A DNA stretch of 64,000 nt from NCBI GenBank assembly GCA_963664635.1, contig OY761542.1, positions 2,644,112 to 2,708,111 on the forward strand. Direction: 5' to 3'. The stretch is from Pseudomonadales bacterium. GTDB lineage: Bacteria > Pseudomonadota > Gammaproteobacteria > Pseudomonadales > Azotimanducaceae. The stretch's first letter is position 1. Each line of letters opens with the position of its first letter. The notes beneath the pieces are model-generated. The model was not told where the DNA came from and did not search any database. It was given only the letters and a program-made list of their open reading frames with translations. Positions 1 through 8,531 of this stretch are shown here, piece after piece. The translations under genes were made by a program, and so were the position numbers.

Positions 1-473
1 GGCCCCGGCCGGATTGCCGGGCAGATAGGTGCGCCCGATCTGCTCGAACGTCTTGACGCTGCCCCCGGTGGCGTCGAGCAGCCGCACGTACGGAATCCGG
101 CTCGACAGGGCGAGGTTCTCGATGAACTCGGACTTGTTGCCGACGGCGGCGTCCGCGGCGCCGCCCCGGATGGTGAAGTCGCCGCCCGAGAAGGCCACCT
201 TGCGCCCGTCCACGCGACAGGTGCCGATGACGGTGTTGGACGGTTTCAGGTGCTCGACGCGGTCGCCGTCCCAGGTCGCCGTGCCGGCGAGGGCGCCCAC
301 CTCGTGGAAGCTGTCGGCGTCGCCCAGCAGGTCGATCCGCTCGCGGACCGTGAGCTTGCCCCGCCCATGCTGGAAGGCGACGCCGTCGGGCCCGCCCATC
401 TCCCGCGCCATGGCCGTCTGCCTGGCGAGTTCGTCTACGTCGGATTGCCAGCTCACGGGGGACAGTATGGCAT
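1..473 (-). CDS. acyl-CoA carboxylase carboxyltransferase (beta) subunit, N-terminal part; the rest of the gene lies outside the window
   Basis: Own translation of the minus strand from ATG at 473-471: MPYCPPVSWQSDVDELARQTAMAREMGGPDGVAFQHGRGKLTVRERIDLLGDADSFHEVGALAG...VAFSGGDFTIRGGAADAAVGNKSEF...IPYVRLLDATGGSVKTFEQ. This is the typical N-terminal carboxyltransferase pattern. It is absent from the ORF track because it runs off the window edge. Confidence 0.8.
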
Positions 474-492
474 AGCGATCCTGCCGCCCCGG

Positions 493-1731
493 TCAGTCGT
501 GGCGCAGGGCTTCGATGGGATCGAGACGCGCTGCGCGCATGGCCGGCAAGACACCGAAGACGATGCCGACCAGTGCGGAGAAGACGAGCGCGAGGACGGC
601 GGCCGAGAGCGGGGGGACGGGGGCGGGGAAGTCCGGGATCAGGCTGGCGACGAACGCCGCGATGCCCCCGCCGACGAAGAGCCCGATCACGCCGCCGAGC
701 ACGGACAGGGTCATGGCCTCGATCAGGAACTGGAGCAGGACCTGATGGCGCGTCGCGCCGAGCGCCTTGCAGATGCCGATTTCACGGGTCCGTTCCGTGA
801 CGGACACGAGCATGACGTTCATCACGCCCACTCCGGCGACCAGCAGCGAGATGCCCACCATCCCCGCGACGAACGCGGTGATCGTGCCTGCCACAGCGTC
901 GAAGGCCTCCGCCACTTCCTCCGCGGTCTGAACCCGGAAATCGTCCTGATCCTCCGGATCGAGATCGTGGGCTCGGCGCAGCAGCGTCCGGATGCGCTCG
1001 GCGGTCGCCCGCCGCCGCGAGGGGTCTGCCACCGTGAGATGGATGAACAGGTCGGGGGGGTCGTGTGGCCCCGCCATGCTGCGCATGGTCTGGTAGGGGA
1101 GCAGGACGTGATGGTCGGAACTCGCGCCCAGCAACTCGCCCCCGCGCTCCATCACGCCGACCACACGGCACCACTCGCCCGCGAGTCCGATGAATTGCCC
1201 TATCGGGTCTTCGCCCATGCCCAGGGACTCCCCGGTCCGCTCGCCGATGACGCAGACGCGCCGGCGCTGGCGGTCGTCCGCCGGCGAAAGGAACCGGCCC
1301 TTGGCGGGAAACCTGTTGTAGACATCCTGATAGCTTTGCGTCGTGCCGCGGATCTGGCTCACGGTCGAATGGGCGCCGTAATGTATCTCGTCGTGGATGA
1401 CGACCAGGGGCGTAACGTTGCTCACGCCGTCCACGCGTGTCTGGACGAGCTCGAGATCTTCGTCCGTCAGGCGGACGCGGCGACCCTGCAGGGCATCCTC
1501 GACCGGCGTCAGGGCGCTGATTGCGAGGCTCGTCCCGCCAAGACCGGCGAACTGGCTGGCGATAGCGGTTTGCAGACCGCCCAGGAGCGCGACCACGGCC
1601 ACGATCGATGCGACGCCGATGACCACCCCGAGCGTCGTGAGGAAGCTGCGCAGACGGTGCGCGGCCAGGGAACCCACCGCGGAGCGGCAGCACTCCACGA
1701 AGACGGAGAGGGAGACCGGGGCGATCCTCAT
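493..1731 (-). CDS. ABC transporter permease, FtsX/MacB-like
   Basis: 412-aa ORF. It has an N-terminal TM helix, a large periplasmic domain and a C-terminal FtsX-type 3-TM bundle (TREIGICKALGATRHQV motif). It follows the ATPase gene by 16 nt. Confidence 0.9.
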   Translation of the reverse strand: MRIAPVSLSVFVECCRSAVGSLAAHRLRSFLTTLGVVIGVASIVAVVALLGGLQTAIASQFAGLGGTSLAISALTPVEDALQGRRVRLTDEDLELVQTRVDGVSNVTPLVVIHDEIHYGAHSTVSQIRGTTQSYQDVYNRFPAKGRFLSPADDRQRRRVCVIGERTGESLGMGEDPIGQFIGLAGEWCRVVGVMERGGELLGASSDHHVLLPYQTMRSMAGPHDPPDLFIHLTVADPSRRRATAERIRTLLRRAHDLDPEDQDDFRVQTAEEVAEAFDAVAGTITAFVAGMVGISLLVAGVGVMNVMLVSVTERTREIGICKALGATRHQVLLQFLIEAMTLSVLGGVIGLFVGGGIAAFVASLIPDFPAPVPPLSAAVLALVFSALVGIVFGVLPAMRAARLDPIEALRHD

Positions 1732-1746
1732 GCGCGAGCGCCCGGG

Positions 1747-2427
1747 TCAGGTCCCCTCGTCACGTACGACCCGGCCGTCCGCCAGTTCGACCGTTCGCTC
1801 GCAACGGCTGGCGATGTCGGCTTCGTGGGTGACGATGAGGATCGTCTGGCCGTCGCCATGCATGGTGTCCAGCAGATCCATGACCTGGGCCGTGGCCGTC
1901 GAATCGAGGTTGCCGGTCGGCTCGTCCGCGAGCACGATGGACGGTCGCGTGACGAACGCCCGCGCCATGGCGACGCGTTGCCGTTGTCCGCCGGACAACT
2001 GCGACGGCAGGTGGTTGGCTCGGTCGTGGAGACCGACTCGCGACAGTGCGGCGAGCGCCAGCCGCCTGCGCTCCCGCATCGAGACGCCGCCGTAGACGAG
2101 AGGCTGCATGACGTTGCCGAGCGCCGTCAGGCGAGGGAGGAGGTGGAAGCTCTGGAAGACGAACCCGATCTCCGCGTTGCGGATGCGGGCCAGGCGCCGC
2201 CCGTCCTGTACGGACACGTCACGGCCGTTCAGAACGTACTCGCCGGATGTCGGCGTGTCGAGGCAGCCGATGAGACCGAGCAAGGTCGACTTGCCGGAGC
2301 CCGAAGACCCGACGATCGCGACCCGTTGGCCGCGGGCGACGGAGAGGTCCACGTTGTCCAGCGCGGCGACCGTATTCCCGCCTACGTCGTAACGCTTGCT
2401 GACGCCCTGGAGCCTGATGAGCGGCAT
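1747..2427 (-). CDS. ABC transporter ATP-binding protein (MacB/LolD-type)
   Basis: Walker A GSSGSGKST, signature LSGGQRQRVAMARA, Walker B IVLADEPTGNLD, H-loop VTHE. Confidence 0.95.
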   Translation of the reverse strand: MPLIRLQGVSKRYDVGGNTVAALDNVDLSVARGQRVAIVGSSGSGKSTLLGLIGCLDTPTSGEYVLNGRDVSVQDGRRLARIRNAEIGFVFQSFHLLPRLTALGNVMQPLVYGGVSMRERRRLALAALSRVGLHDRANHLPSQLSGGQRQRVAMARAFVTRPSIVLADEPTGNLDSTATAQVMDLLDTMHGDGQTILIVTHEADIASRCERTVELADGRVVRDEGT

Positions 2428-3671
2428 CAGTTCTCCCGCTGTCCTCCGGAGGGCACCGCCACGGGATCGCGGTCTCCGGAATGCAGCCGGACCGCGTCAC
2501 CGTCGCGCAGGCTTCGTAGCGTGCGGCCCGGTCCCCTGACCACGCGGTCGCCCTCCGTCAGACCGGACAGGACGTGCTGGTAGGCGTCGTCGGATTGGCC
2601 CGTGACGACCGGCGACAGATGGGCCGATCCGCCCCTCACTACGAATACGGCCTTGCCCGCCGAGTCTCCTTCGACGGTCCCGCCGGTCCCGCCGGTCCCG
2701 CCGGTCACGATGGCCTCGATGGGGACCGCCAATGCCACTTTGCCGTCGTGCGTGAGGATCTCGGCACGACAGGACATCCCGGGGCGCAGACGCATGCTCT
2801 CCGCGGGCGTCACCCGTATCTTCGTGACGAACGACAGGCTCCGGCGGGGTGGCTGGGTTGTTGCGGTATTGGCGATGAACGCGATGCGGCCCGTCATCGG
2901 TTGGCCGGGATGCGCCACGGCGACGATTTCGGCTGCTTGGCCCACGCGCACCGCCGCGACGTCCGCCTCGTCGACGTGGACCTCGGCGATGATGCGCTCG
3001 GGGTCGGCGATCGTCATGAGCTGGCTGCCCGGGATGTTCGTCGAACTCGGGATGGCGGTTTCCCCCGCATCGACGTCGAGTGCCGTCACGACTCCGTCTA
3101 TCGGCGCACGGACCCGGGTCTTGTCGAGCCGGTCTTCTGCCTGCCCGAGGCGCGCGCGGGCCTGCTCCAGGCGTTCGCGGCTCGATCGAAGGTCGATGCG
3201 GGCGAGTTCGAGTTCGTGGCGGCTGGCCTCCAGGGAGTGCGCATCGAGGACGCCCTGCTTGAAGAGCAGCGTGCTTCTCTCGTGTTGACGCGCCAGATTC
3301 GCGATTCTGGCGCGGACGCGGCCGATGTCGATCTTCTGAATCCGTACCGCGGCGCGGCCCTCGGCCACGTCCGCGGCGTACGCTTCGCTGTCGATCACCA
3401 GCACGAGCTCGCCGCGTTTGACGTGCTGACCCTCTCTGACGTGGACGATCTCGATCGCCCCAAGGACTTCGCTGGTGAGTCTGACTTCCTCTTCGTGGGT
3501 AATCTGGCCGGACGCGAGTACGGAAGGCCGCAGCAGCCGCGTGTCGACCCGCGCCGTCTCTACGACCTTTCCGGGGTCGCCGGAGAAGGTGCCGCTCGCA
3601 AGAGGCACGCAGACCAGGAGAGCCGCGGCGACCGACGCCAAAGCGCTCTTTTGGTGGCGTGTGGTCATCAC
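2427..3671 (-). CDS. HlyD/MacA-family periplasmic adaptor (membrane fusion protein)
   Basis: 414-aa ORF with a signal/TM N-terminus, a coiled-coil hairpin (ARIDLRSSRERLEQARARLGQAEDRLDKTRVRAPIDGVV) and a beta-barrel. Its stop overlaps the start of the ATPase gene by 1 nt (TGATG). Confidence 0.9.
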   Translation of the reverse strand: MMTTRHQKSALASVAAALLVCVPLASGTFSGDPGKVVETARVDTRLLRPSVLASGQITHEEEVRLTSEVLGAIEIVHVREGQHVKRGELVLVIDSEAYAADVAEGRAAVRIQKIDIGRVRARIANLARQHERSTLLFKQGVLDAHSLEASRHELELARIDLRSSRERLEQARARLGQAEDRLDKTRVRAPIDGVVTALDVDAGETAIPSSTNIPGSQLMTIADPERIIAEVHVDEADVAAVRVGQAAEIVAVAHPGQPMTGRIAFIANTATTQPPRRSLSFVTKIRVTPAESMRLRPGMSCRAEILTHDGKVALAVPIEAIVTGGTGGTGGTVEGDSAGKAVFVVRGGSAHLSPVVTGQSDDAYQHVLSGLTEGDRVVRGPGRTLRSLRDGDAVRLHSGDRDPVAVPSGGQREN

Positions 3672-3739
3672 TGGTCAGTGAGTTCCGGTGCTCGACCGCT
3701 CCTGCACTCGAGCCATCCGTGGCGGACCCGCCTCGCTTC

Positions 3740-4348
3740 TCAGCTTGGCGGCAGCGCGGCCAGCGCCTGCAAACCGGCGCCGAGCGCCACGACCATCGAA
3801 GCCGCGAAAGCGATGGAGATCAGACTGCTGACGCGGTCGGCGACGCGAGACAGGAGCAGGAAGACGACCAGGAAGAATGTCAAGAGGGTGGCGTACCGTA
3901 CCTCGCTCAACCAGGGTAGCCCCGTCAGGAGGTCCACGTTCGTCCCGGGCTGCGGCGACAGCAGCTCTGCGCGTGTGATGGGCAGAGGTGGATTGGCGGC
4001 GACCCAGGCGGCCAATACCACGACGTAGCAGGCAAATGCCCACAGGCCGCCTCCGAGTGCCCGGGCGATGGCGCGAACGTCCGTGGGTCCGTTGAGCCAG
4101 CGCAGCGTCAAACCGCAGCAGAGGCCGAAAGCGATGGTCACGCCGGCCGCCACGCCCATCAGGCTGGCCGCGGTGACGTAGGCCGAGAGCTTCGCCGGCG
4201 CTTGCAGGATCGCGGGCGACAACTCGGCCAGCAGGTGTTCGACGCAGACTGCGGTAAAGACCGCATAGCCCGCAACACAGACGAGGGCGGGGGTGAGCGG
4301 CGAGCGCGCGATCCGGCGCGAGTAAGGTGTGGCCACGTCTGCGTTCAC
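3740..4348 (-). CDS. multi-pass membrane protein, function unknown
   Basis: Only the distal 202 codons of ORF 3740..4741 look like protein, with about 5 hydrophobic helices. The upstream part is Arg/Pro-rich junk. A GTG at 4348-4346 overlaps the TGA of the upstream gene (GTGA), which suggests translational coupling. Confidence 0.55.
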   Translation of the reverse strand: MNADVATPYSRRIARSPLTPALVCVAGYAVFTAVCVEHLLAELSPAILQAPAKLSAYVTAASLMGVAAGVTIAFGLCCGLTLRWLNGPTDVRAIARALGGGLWAFACYVVVLAAWVAANPPLPITRAELLSPQPGTNVDLLTGLPWLSEVRYATLLTFFLVVFLLLSRVADRVSSLISIAFAASMVVALGAGLQALAALPPS

Positions 4349-4923
4349 GAGCCGATCCCCGCTTGGGCGATCGCTACGGTGACGTAGACCTCGATGGCGG
4401 CGGCGATGGCGATGCAGACGATGCCGCCGGCGGCCGGGCGCAGGACGCCTGCCAGGGGCGCGCCGCCGAAGGTGCCGCGGAACCATGCCGACAGCAATGC
4501 GGGACCTCGCAGCCCGATCGCGCCGGCGAGCAGGAACGCGCCGATTTCCGGGATCAGATGGGGGAGCGTCAACAACGCGAGACGCTCCAGAGGCATGCCC
4601 GCGCCGAGCGCGAGGCCGGCGATCTGTCCCAGGGCGACGCCGTTGAAGGCGAGCAGGGCCACGGTGGTCAATCCGCAGGAGATGAGCCCGCACAGCAGCC
4701 AGAGGTAGACCGCCAGGTTGCGGCCGAAAATGCCGATGCAAAGCCGAGCCGGTGGAATGTCCTGCCGGCGGGCCTCGGCGAAGCCCTCAAGACGTTCGCC
4801 CGGCGCCTCCGCGGCGACCAGCGTGCTCATGGGTTGTGCGGCGGTCGCGACTCCGGCGACCGCTCCAGCAACCCAGATCGACGTGGCCGCCACCAGGCCC
4901 CGCGTCCACCGCTTCGACTCCAT
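4345..4923 (-). CDS. SpoIIM/DUF95-like integral membrane protein
   Basis: 192-aa ORF with an N-terminal TM helix followed by a polytopic region (NLAVYLWLLCG..., LPHLIPEIGAFLLAGAIGL). It resembles the stage II sporulation protein M family by recollection. Confidence 0.55.
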   Translation of the reverse strand: MESKRWTRGLVAATSIWVAGAVAGVATAAQPMSTLVAAEAPGERLEGFAEARRQDIPPARLCIGIFGRNLAVYLWLLCGLISCGLTTVALLAFNGVALGQIAGLALGAGMPLERLALLTLPHLIPEIGAFLLAGAIGLRGPALLSAWFRGTFGGAPLAGVLRPAAGGIVCIAIAAAIEVYVTVAIAQAGIGS

Positions 4924-5217
4924 TCGCGTGATACTCCGTCCGTCGTTTCGGGTTAGCCCGGATTTCTCGCCAAGGGCCGCGATGATCGGCGAGGATTTTG
5001 GTCTCGTGCGCGTGCTCGCGACCGGAGGCGTAGGCGCGTCGCCTGCGACGCGGGTGTTCTACGGTGGAGGGAGCATGTGCGCGCACGGGACCAAAAGACC
5101 GCCGAGGGCGCGGCCAGCGCAGTCCGTTCGCGCGTCACGACCCCTGACAACCCGAGAAACCTGATGAGATCCAACGACTTTTGATTCATGTGCAAGCGAC
5201 TTGGTGAGAATTCCGGG

Positions 5218-6360
5218 CTAGGCGGACGCCTGCGTGGGCGTGAGCTTCCGCAGTGCGTCGATCCGTTCGTTGGCCGTCGGGTGGGTCAGGCTCTTCTTGT
5301 CGCGCGATACGTTCCGGAGTTCGCACAGGCGGCCCAGGGCGTCGATCATCTGTTCGGGATCGTCGAGGAGTTCTGCCGCCAGGCGGTCCGCGCCGTACTC
5401 GAGTCGGCGGCTTACCAGCCCTGGCAGGACGAGGTAGGCCAAGGGCGCGAAGAACCCTACGTAGGCCATTGCGAGTAGGGGGCCCATCGAGGTGGAGTGA
5501 TCCAGATTCGGGTTGACGAAATGGACGAGGACCGTCGCGTAGCAGGTGCCCCCGACCGTTACGGCCGCCAGCAGCTTGAGTACGTCGCGTCGGATTACGT
5601 GGGCGACTTCGTGCGCCAGGACCGCTTTGAGTTGTGCGGTTTTCATCCCCGTGACCAACCCGCCTCCGACGAGCACGAGATGGCCGAACATGCCCCCCGT
5701 TGCGTAGGCGTTCTTTTCCTGGCCTTCGTGTATCCGCACCCGGAAGCGGGGCACGCGTCTGTCGTCCGCCAGACCGGCCAACCATGGGTCGAGTTCGGCG
5801 TGGGGCGTGTCGCGGAGCTTCCGTGACCTCCACCACAGCAGCCACGGCGATAGCCACGTCTCGTACAGCGGCACCAGGCAGGCGGCCAGCGGCACGAGCA
5901 GGAAAGCGAACGCCGTGCCGCCCAGGGGCAGCGCGGCGAAGAGGATGGCCCCCAAGCCGGCGAACCCCACGGCGCCCCAGCCGATCGCGGCCGCTTCCAT
6001 CCGCCACGTCCTGTCGTGTCTTTCCGGCGCCCGGGACGCCCAGAGGCAGGCCCGGCGCCCGAGCTCCAGGATGATCACGCGGGCGTGCAGGTACGCGAGG
6101 AGTACGAGAGCTCCGCCAACCACGGGGAGCGGGTACGTGTCCGGCTCCCCGAAGAGCGCCCCGAGTGCGGGTAACGACCACGTCGCCAAGCCTGCCGAAA
6201 CGGCTGCTGCGAAGGTCCACCCGGCGGCCATGGTCGTGTGGCGGACCCGGGCGGGCTCCTCGTCGTCAGGTGGCCTGCGGTGCGCGAGCCACAGGACGAG
6301 GGCGGCCATGGTGCCGACGACCAAGGTGATCGGGAAGAGCATCTGCAGATCGGGTTGCAT
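5218..6360 (-). CDS. M48-family zinc metallopeptidase (HtpX/Ste24-like), membrane-bound
   Basis: HEXXH motif (AHEVAHVIRRD) and downstream E (RRLEYGADRLAAE). Several N-terminal TM helices. Start trimmed to MQPDLQMLFP (ATG 6360). Confidence 0.8.
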   Translation of the reverse strand: MQPDLQMLFPITLVVGTMAALVLWLAHRRPPDDEEPARVRHTTMAAGWTFAAAVSAGLATWSLPALGALFGEPDTYPLPVVGGALVLLAYLHARVIILELGRRACLWASRAPERHDRTWRMEAAAIGWGAVGFAGLGAILFAALPLGGTAFAFLLVPLAACLVPLYETWLSPWLLWWRSRKLRDTPHAELDPWLAGLADDRRVPRFRVRIHEGQEKNAYATGGMFGHLVLVGGGLVTGMKTAQLKAVLAHEVAHVIRRDVLKLLAAVTVGGTCYATVLVHFVNPNLDHSTSMGPLLAMAYVGFFAPLAYLVLPGLVSRRLEYGADRLAAELLDDPEQMIDALGRLCELRNVSRDKKSLTHPTANERIDALRKLTPTQASA

Positions 6361-6513
6361 GATCAGGGACGGAAGGCGACGTGGGATGCCATCTGAAAAT
6401 TCCCGCCGCCGTCCACACACCGGAGGCGGCGCCATGTGGGACGCAGCGTCGCGGTGGCCGGGACGGCGGCGGGGGTCAACATGCCGGGAAGCCCGTCATG
6501 CTTGCGGACGGCC

Positions 6514-6801
6514 CTACCAGGCGCCGAGCCCGCCTCCGATGACGGTGCCGACGGGCCCGACGGCGGATCCGGCCAGCCCGCCGGCCGCAGCGCCGGCACC
6601 TTGCATGAACGCCATCGCCATGTCGTAGACGACGCCGCCGGCATCCATCCCCGTGTACCGCCATCCGTAGTGGACGACGGCCCAGCCGCCGTCCGCGACG
6701 GGGAGGGGAGCGGTCGCGTCCACTTCCGGCGCCATGGCCAGTGCGGAAACCGTCAGGCCGCAGGCGGCGACGAGCGTCGTCAGCTTCTTCAACTTCTTCA
6801 T
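6514..6801 (-). CDS. small secreted or lipoprotein with C-terminal glycine-zipper
   Basis: 95 aa starting at MKKLKKLTTLVAACGLTVSALA (Sec signal; possible lipobox VAAC). The C-terminus is GAGAAAGGLAGSAVGPVGTVIGGGLGAW. Strong SD (AAGGAGAGAAGAAATG). The rest of ORF 6514..7140 is an artefactual extension. Confidence 0.65.
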   Translation of the reverse strand: MKKLKKLTTLVAACGLTVSALAMAPEVDATAPLPVADGGWAVVHYGWRYTGMDAGGVVYDMAMAFMQGAGAAAGGLAGSAVGPVGTVIGGGLGAW

Positions 6802-6932
6802 TTCTTCTCTCCTTGAAATCAATGGAAGTTGAGGACGGACTTTACGCCCGTGCCGTTTTGCCAAGAATGGTCGATCGCCCGGCGGGACGTGGGAAATCGC
6901 ACTTCCTCGCTGGTGGATATCTCCTACACGGG

Positions 6933-8021
6933 TTATCCGGCGGGCGTCACCCGCACCACCCGCCCGGCCGCCGAGTCCGTCAGCACGTACAGACTCCCGT
7001 CCGTCCCCGTGCGCACGTCCCGCAACCGCTCCCCGATCTCCTCGAACATGCGGTGCCGCCCGATGACCTCGCCGTTCTCGAGATCCACCCGCTCGACGTA
7101 GTTGAACACCAGCGACGTGACGAACAGGTCCCCGCGCCACTCCGGGAAGGCGTCGCCGTCGTACCAGGTCATCCCGGAGGCCGCGATGGATGGCGTCCAG
7201 TCGATGACCGGCGGCGTCATGCCAGGGTACTCGCGGAACGGCGAGATGCGGGCGCCGGTGTAATCGATGCCGAGGGTCACGATGGGCCAGCCGTAGTTGC
7301 TGCCGGGCGTGAGGACGTTGAGTTCGTCGCCGCCCTGCGCGCCGTGCTCGTGGAGGAAGACGGTCCCGCTCGCCGCGTCGTAGGAGATGCCCTGCGGGTT
7401 GCGGTGGCCGTAGGTCCAGATCTCGTCGCGGGCGGCGGCGTTGTGGACGAAGGGGTTGTCTGCGGGCACGGACCCGTCGTCGTTCAGGCGGACGACCTTG
7501 CCGAGCAGGCTGCCGAGCCGCTGGGACGCCTCGCGATACACGAATCCGTCCCCGGTGGTCAGCAGGAGCGTGCCGTCCGGCAGGAACAGCATGCGCCCGC
7601 CGTAGTGAACGGGCGTGTCCTTCGTCGGTTCGACGGTGAAGACGGTCTCCACGTCCGTGAGCGCGGCGCCGTCGAAACGCCCACGCACGACCCGCGTCGC
7701 GTTCGCCTCCGGCGTGCCGTGCGCGAAACTCAGGTAGAGGAGCCGGTTCTCCTCGAACTTCGGGTGCGGGAGCACGTCGAACATGCCGCCCTGGCTGCGC
7801 GCGTACGCGGGAGGAACGCCCGCGACGGGCCGCGGGTCCAGGATGCCCTCGCGGATGACGTGCAGGTCCCCGTCGCGCTCCGTCACGAGCAGGTCACCGT
7901 CGGGGAGGAAGGCGATGCACCAGGGCCACGTCAGGTTCTCGGCCACCGTTTCCAGCCGGTAGTCGACGGCGCCGGACTGCAGTGCGGCCAGTAGCGCGAG
8001 CCATCCGAGGGCTGCCCGCAT
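6933..8021 (-). CDS. PQQ-dependent sugar dehydrogenase (soluble aldose dehydrogenase, YliI-like)
   Basis: 362 aa from MRAALGWLALLAALQSGAVD (signal peptide). Motifs: WCIAFLPDGDLLVTERDG, HYGGRMLFLPDG, GHRNPQGISYD, GGDELN..PGSNYGWP. Confidence 0.9.
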   Translation of the reverse strand: MRAALGWLALLAALQSGAVDYRLETVAENLTWPWCIAFLPDGDLLVTERDGDLHVIREGILDPRPVAGVPPAYARSQGGMFDVLPHPKFEENRLLYLSFAHGTPEANATRVVRGRFDGAALTDVETVFTVEPTKDTPVHYGGRMLFLPDGTLLLTTGDGFVYREASQRLGSLLGKVVRLNDDGSVPADNPFVHNAAARDEIWTYGHRNPQGISYDAASGTVFLHEHGAQGGDELNVLTPGSNYGWPIVTLGIDYTGARISPFREYPGMTPPVIDWTPSIAASGMTWYDGDAFPEWRGDLFVTSLVFNYVERVDLENGEVIGRHRMFEEIGERLRDVRTGTDGSLYVLTDSAAGRVVRVTPAG

Positions 8022-8063
8022 GGGGTTCTCCCGAGGGCCAAAAACCGTCATCATGGTACCGGG

Positions 8064-8531
8064 ATGCGCGCAATTCGTCAGATCGCCGGTTTCGTCGTCG
8101 CGGTCGCGGTGACGGCCGTCGGATCGGCCTTCCTGTCCAGTCACTTCGTCCTGCGCGCCCTGGAGAGCCTGGGTGTCGATGTCCCGATCTCGGACCGGTT
8201 CGCGATGTATGGGCACGACATTCTCGGCATGGGCCCCCTTGTCGGGGCGGTGGCGGGAGTGGGGTTCCTCGTCGGGTTCCCGGTCGCCGCACTGATCGTC
8301 CGCTTTCTGCCCATGCTGCGCACCGTTGGCTACGTGCTGGCCGGGGCGGCGGCGATGGCGGTGGCGCTCGCCCTGATGGAGGCGGTCCTCGGCATGATGC
8401 CGTTGGCCGGGGCGCGGACTTCGGGCGGCCTGATCGCGCAAGCCCTGGCGGGCGCCTGCGGCGGCTATGCCTTTTCCCAGGTAACGCGGCGCCGCGGACG
8501 TGCCGGGGGACGCCCTGGTGGAGGCGGCTGA
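8064..8531 (+). CDS. hypothetical membrane protein
   Basis: 155-aa ORF with 4 predicted hydrophobic helices and GC3-rich codons. No recognisable family. Confidence 0.5.
   Translation: MRAIRQIAGFVVAVAVTAVGSAFLSSHFVLRALESLGVDVPISDRFAMYGHDILGMGPLVGAVAGVGFLVGFPVAALIVRFLPMLRTVGYVLAGAAAMAVALALMEAVLGMMPLAGARTSGGLIAQALAGACGGYAFSQVTRRRGRAGGRPGGGG

Noticed and set aside
250-2583. 777-aa + strand ORF, and similar ORFs at 2574..4028, 782..1693 and 1397..2095
   Set aside because: These are antisense or out of frame to the well-supported MacB permease, ABC ATPase and HlyD genes. Their translations are Arg/Gly/Asp/His-rich low-complexity sequence typical of spurious ORFs in ~70% GC DNA.
6514-6801. Interpreting the glycine-rich 95-aa peptide as a class II bacteriocin or microcin precursor
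   Set aside because: It has a classical Sec or lipoprotein signal rather than a double-glycine leader, and no dedicated C39-peptidase ABC exporter or immunity gene is adjacent. A glycine-zipper envelope (lipo)protein is the simpler reading. It is kept as a low-interest finding only.
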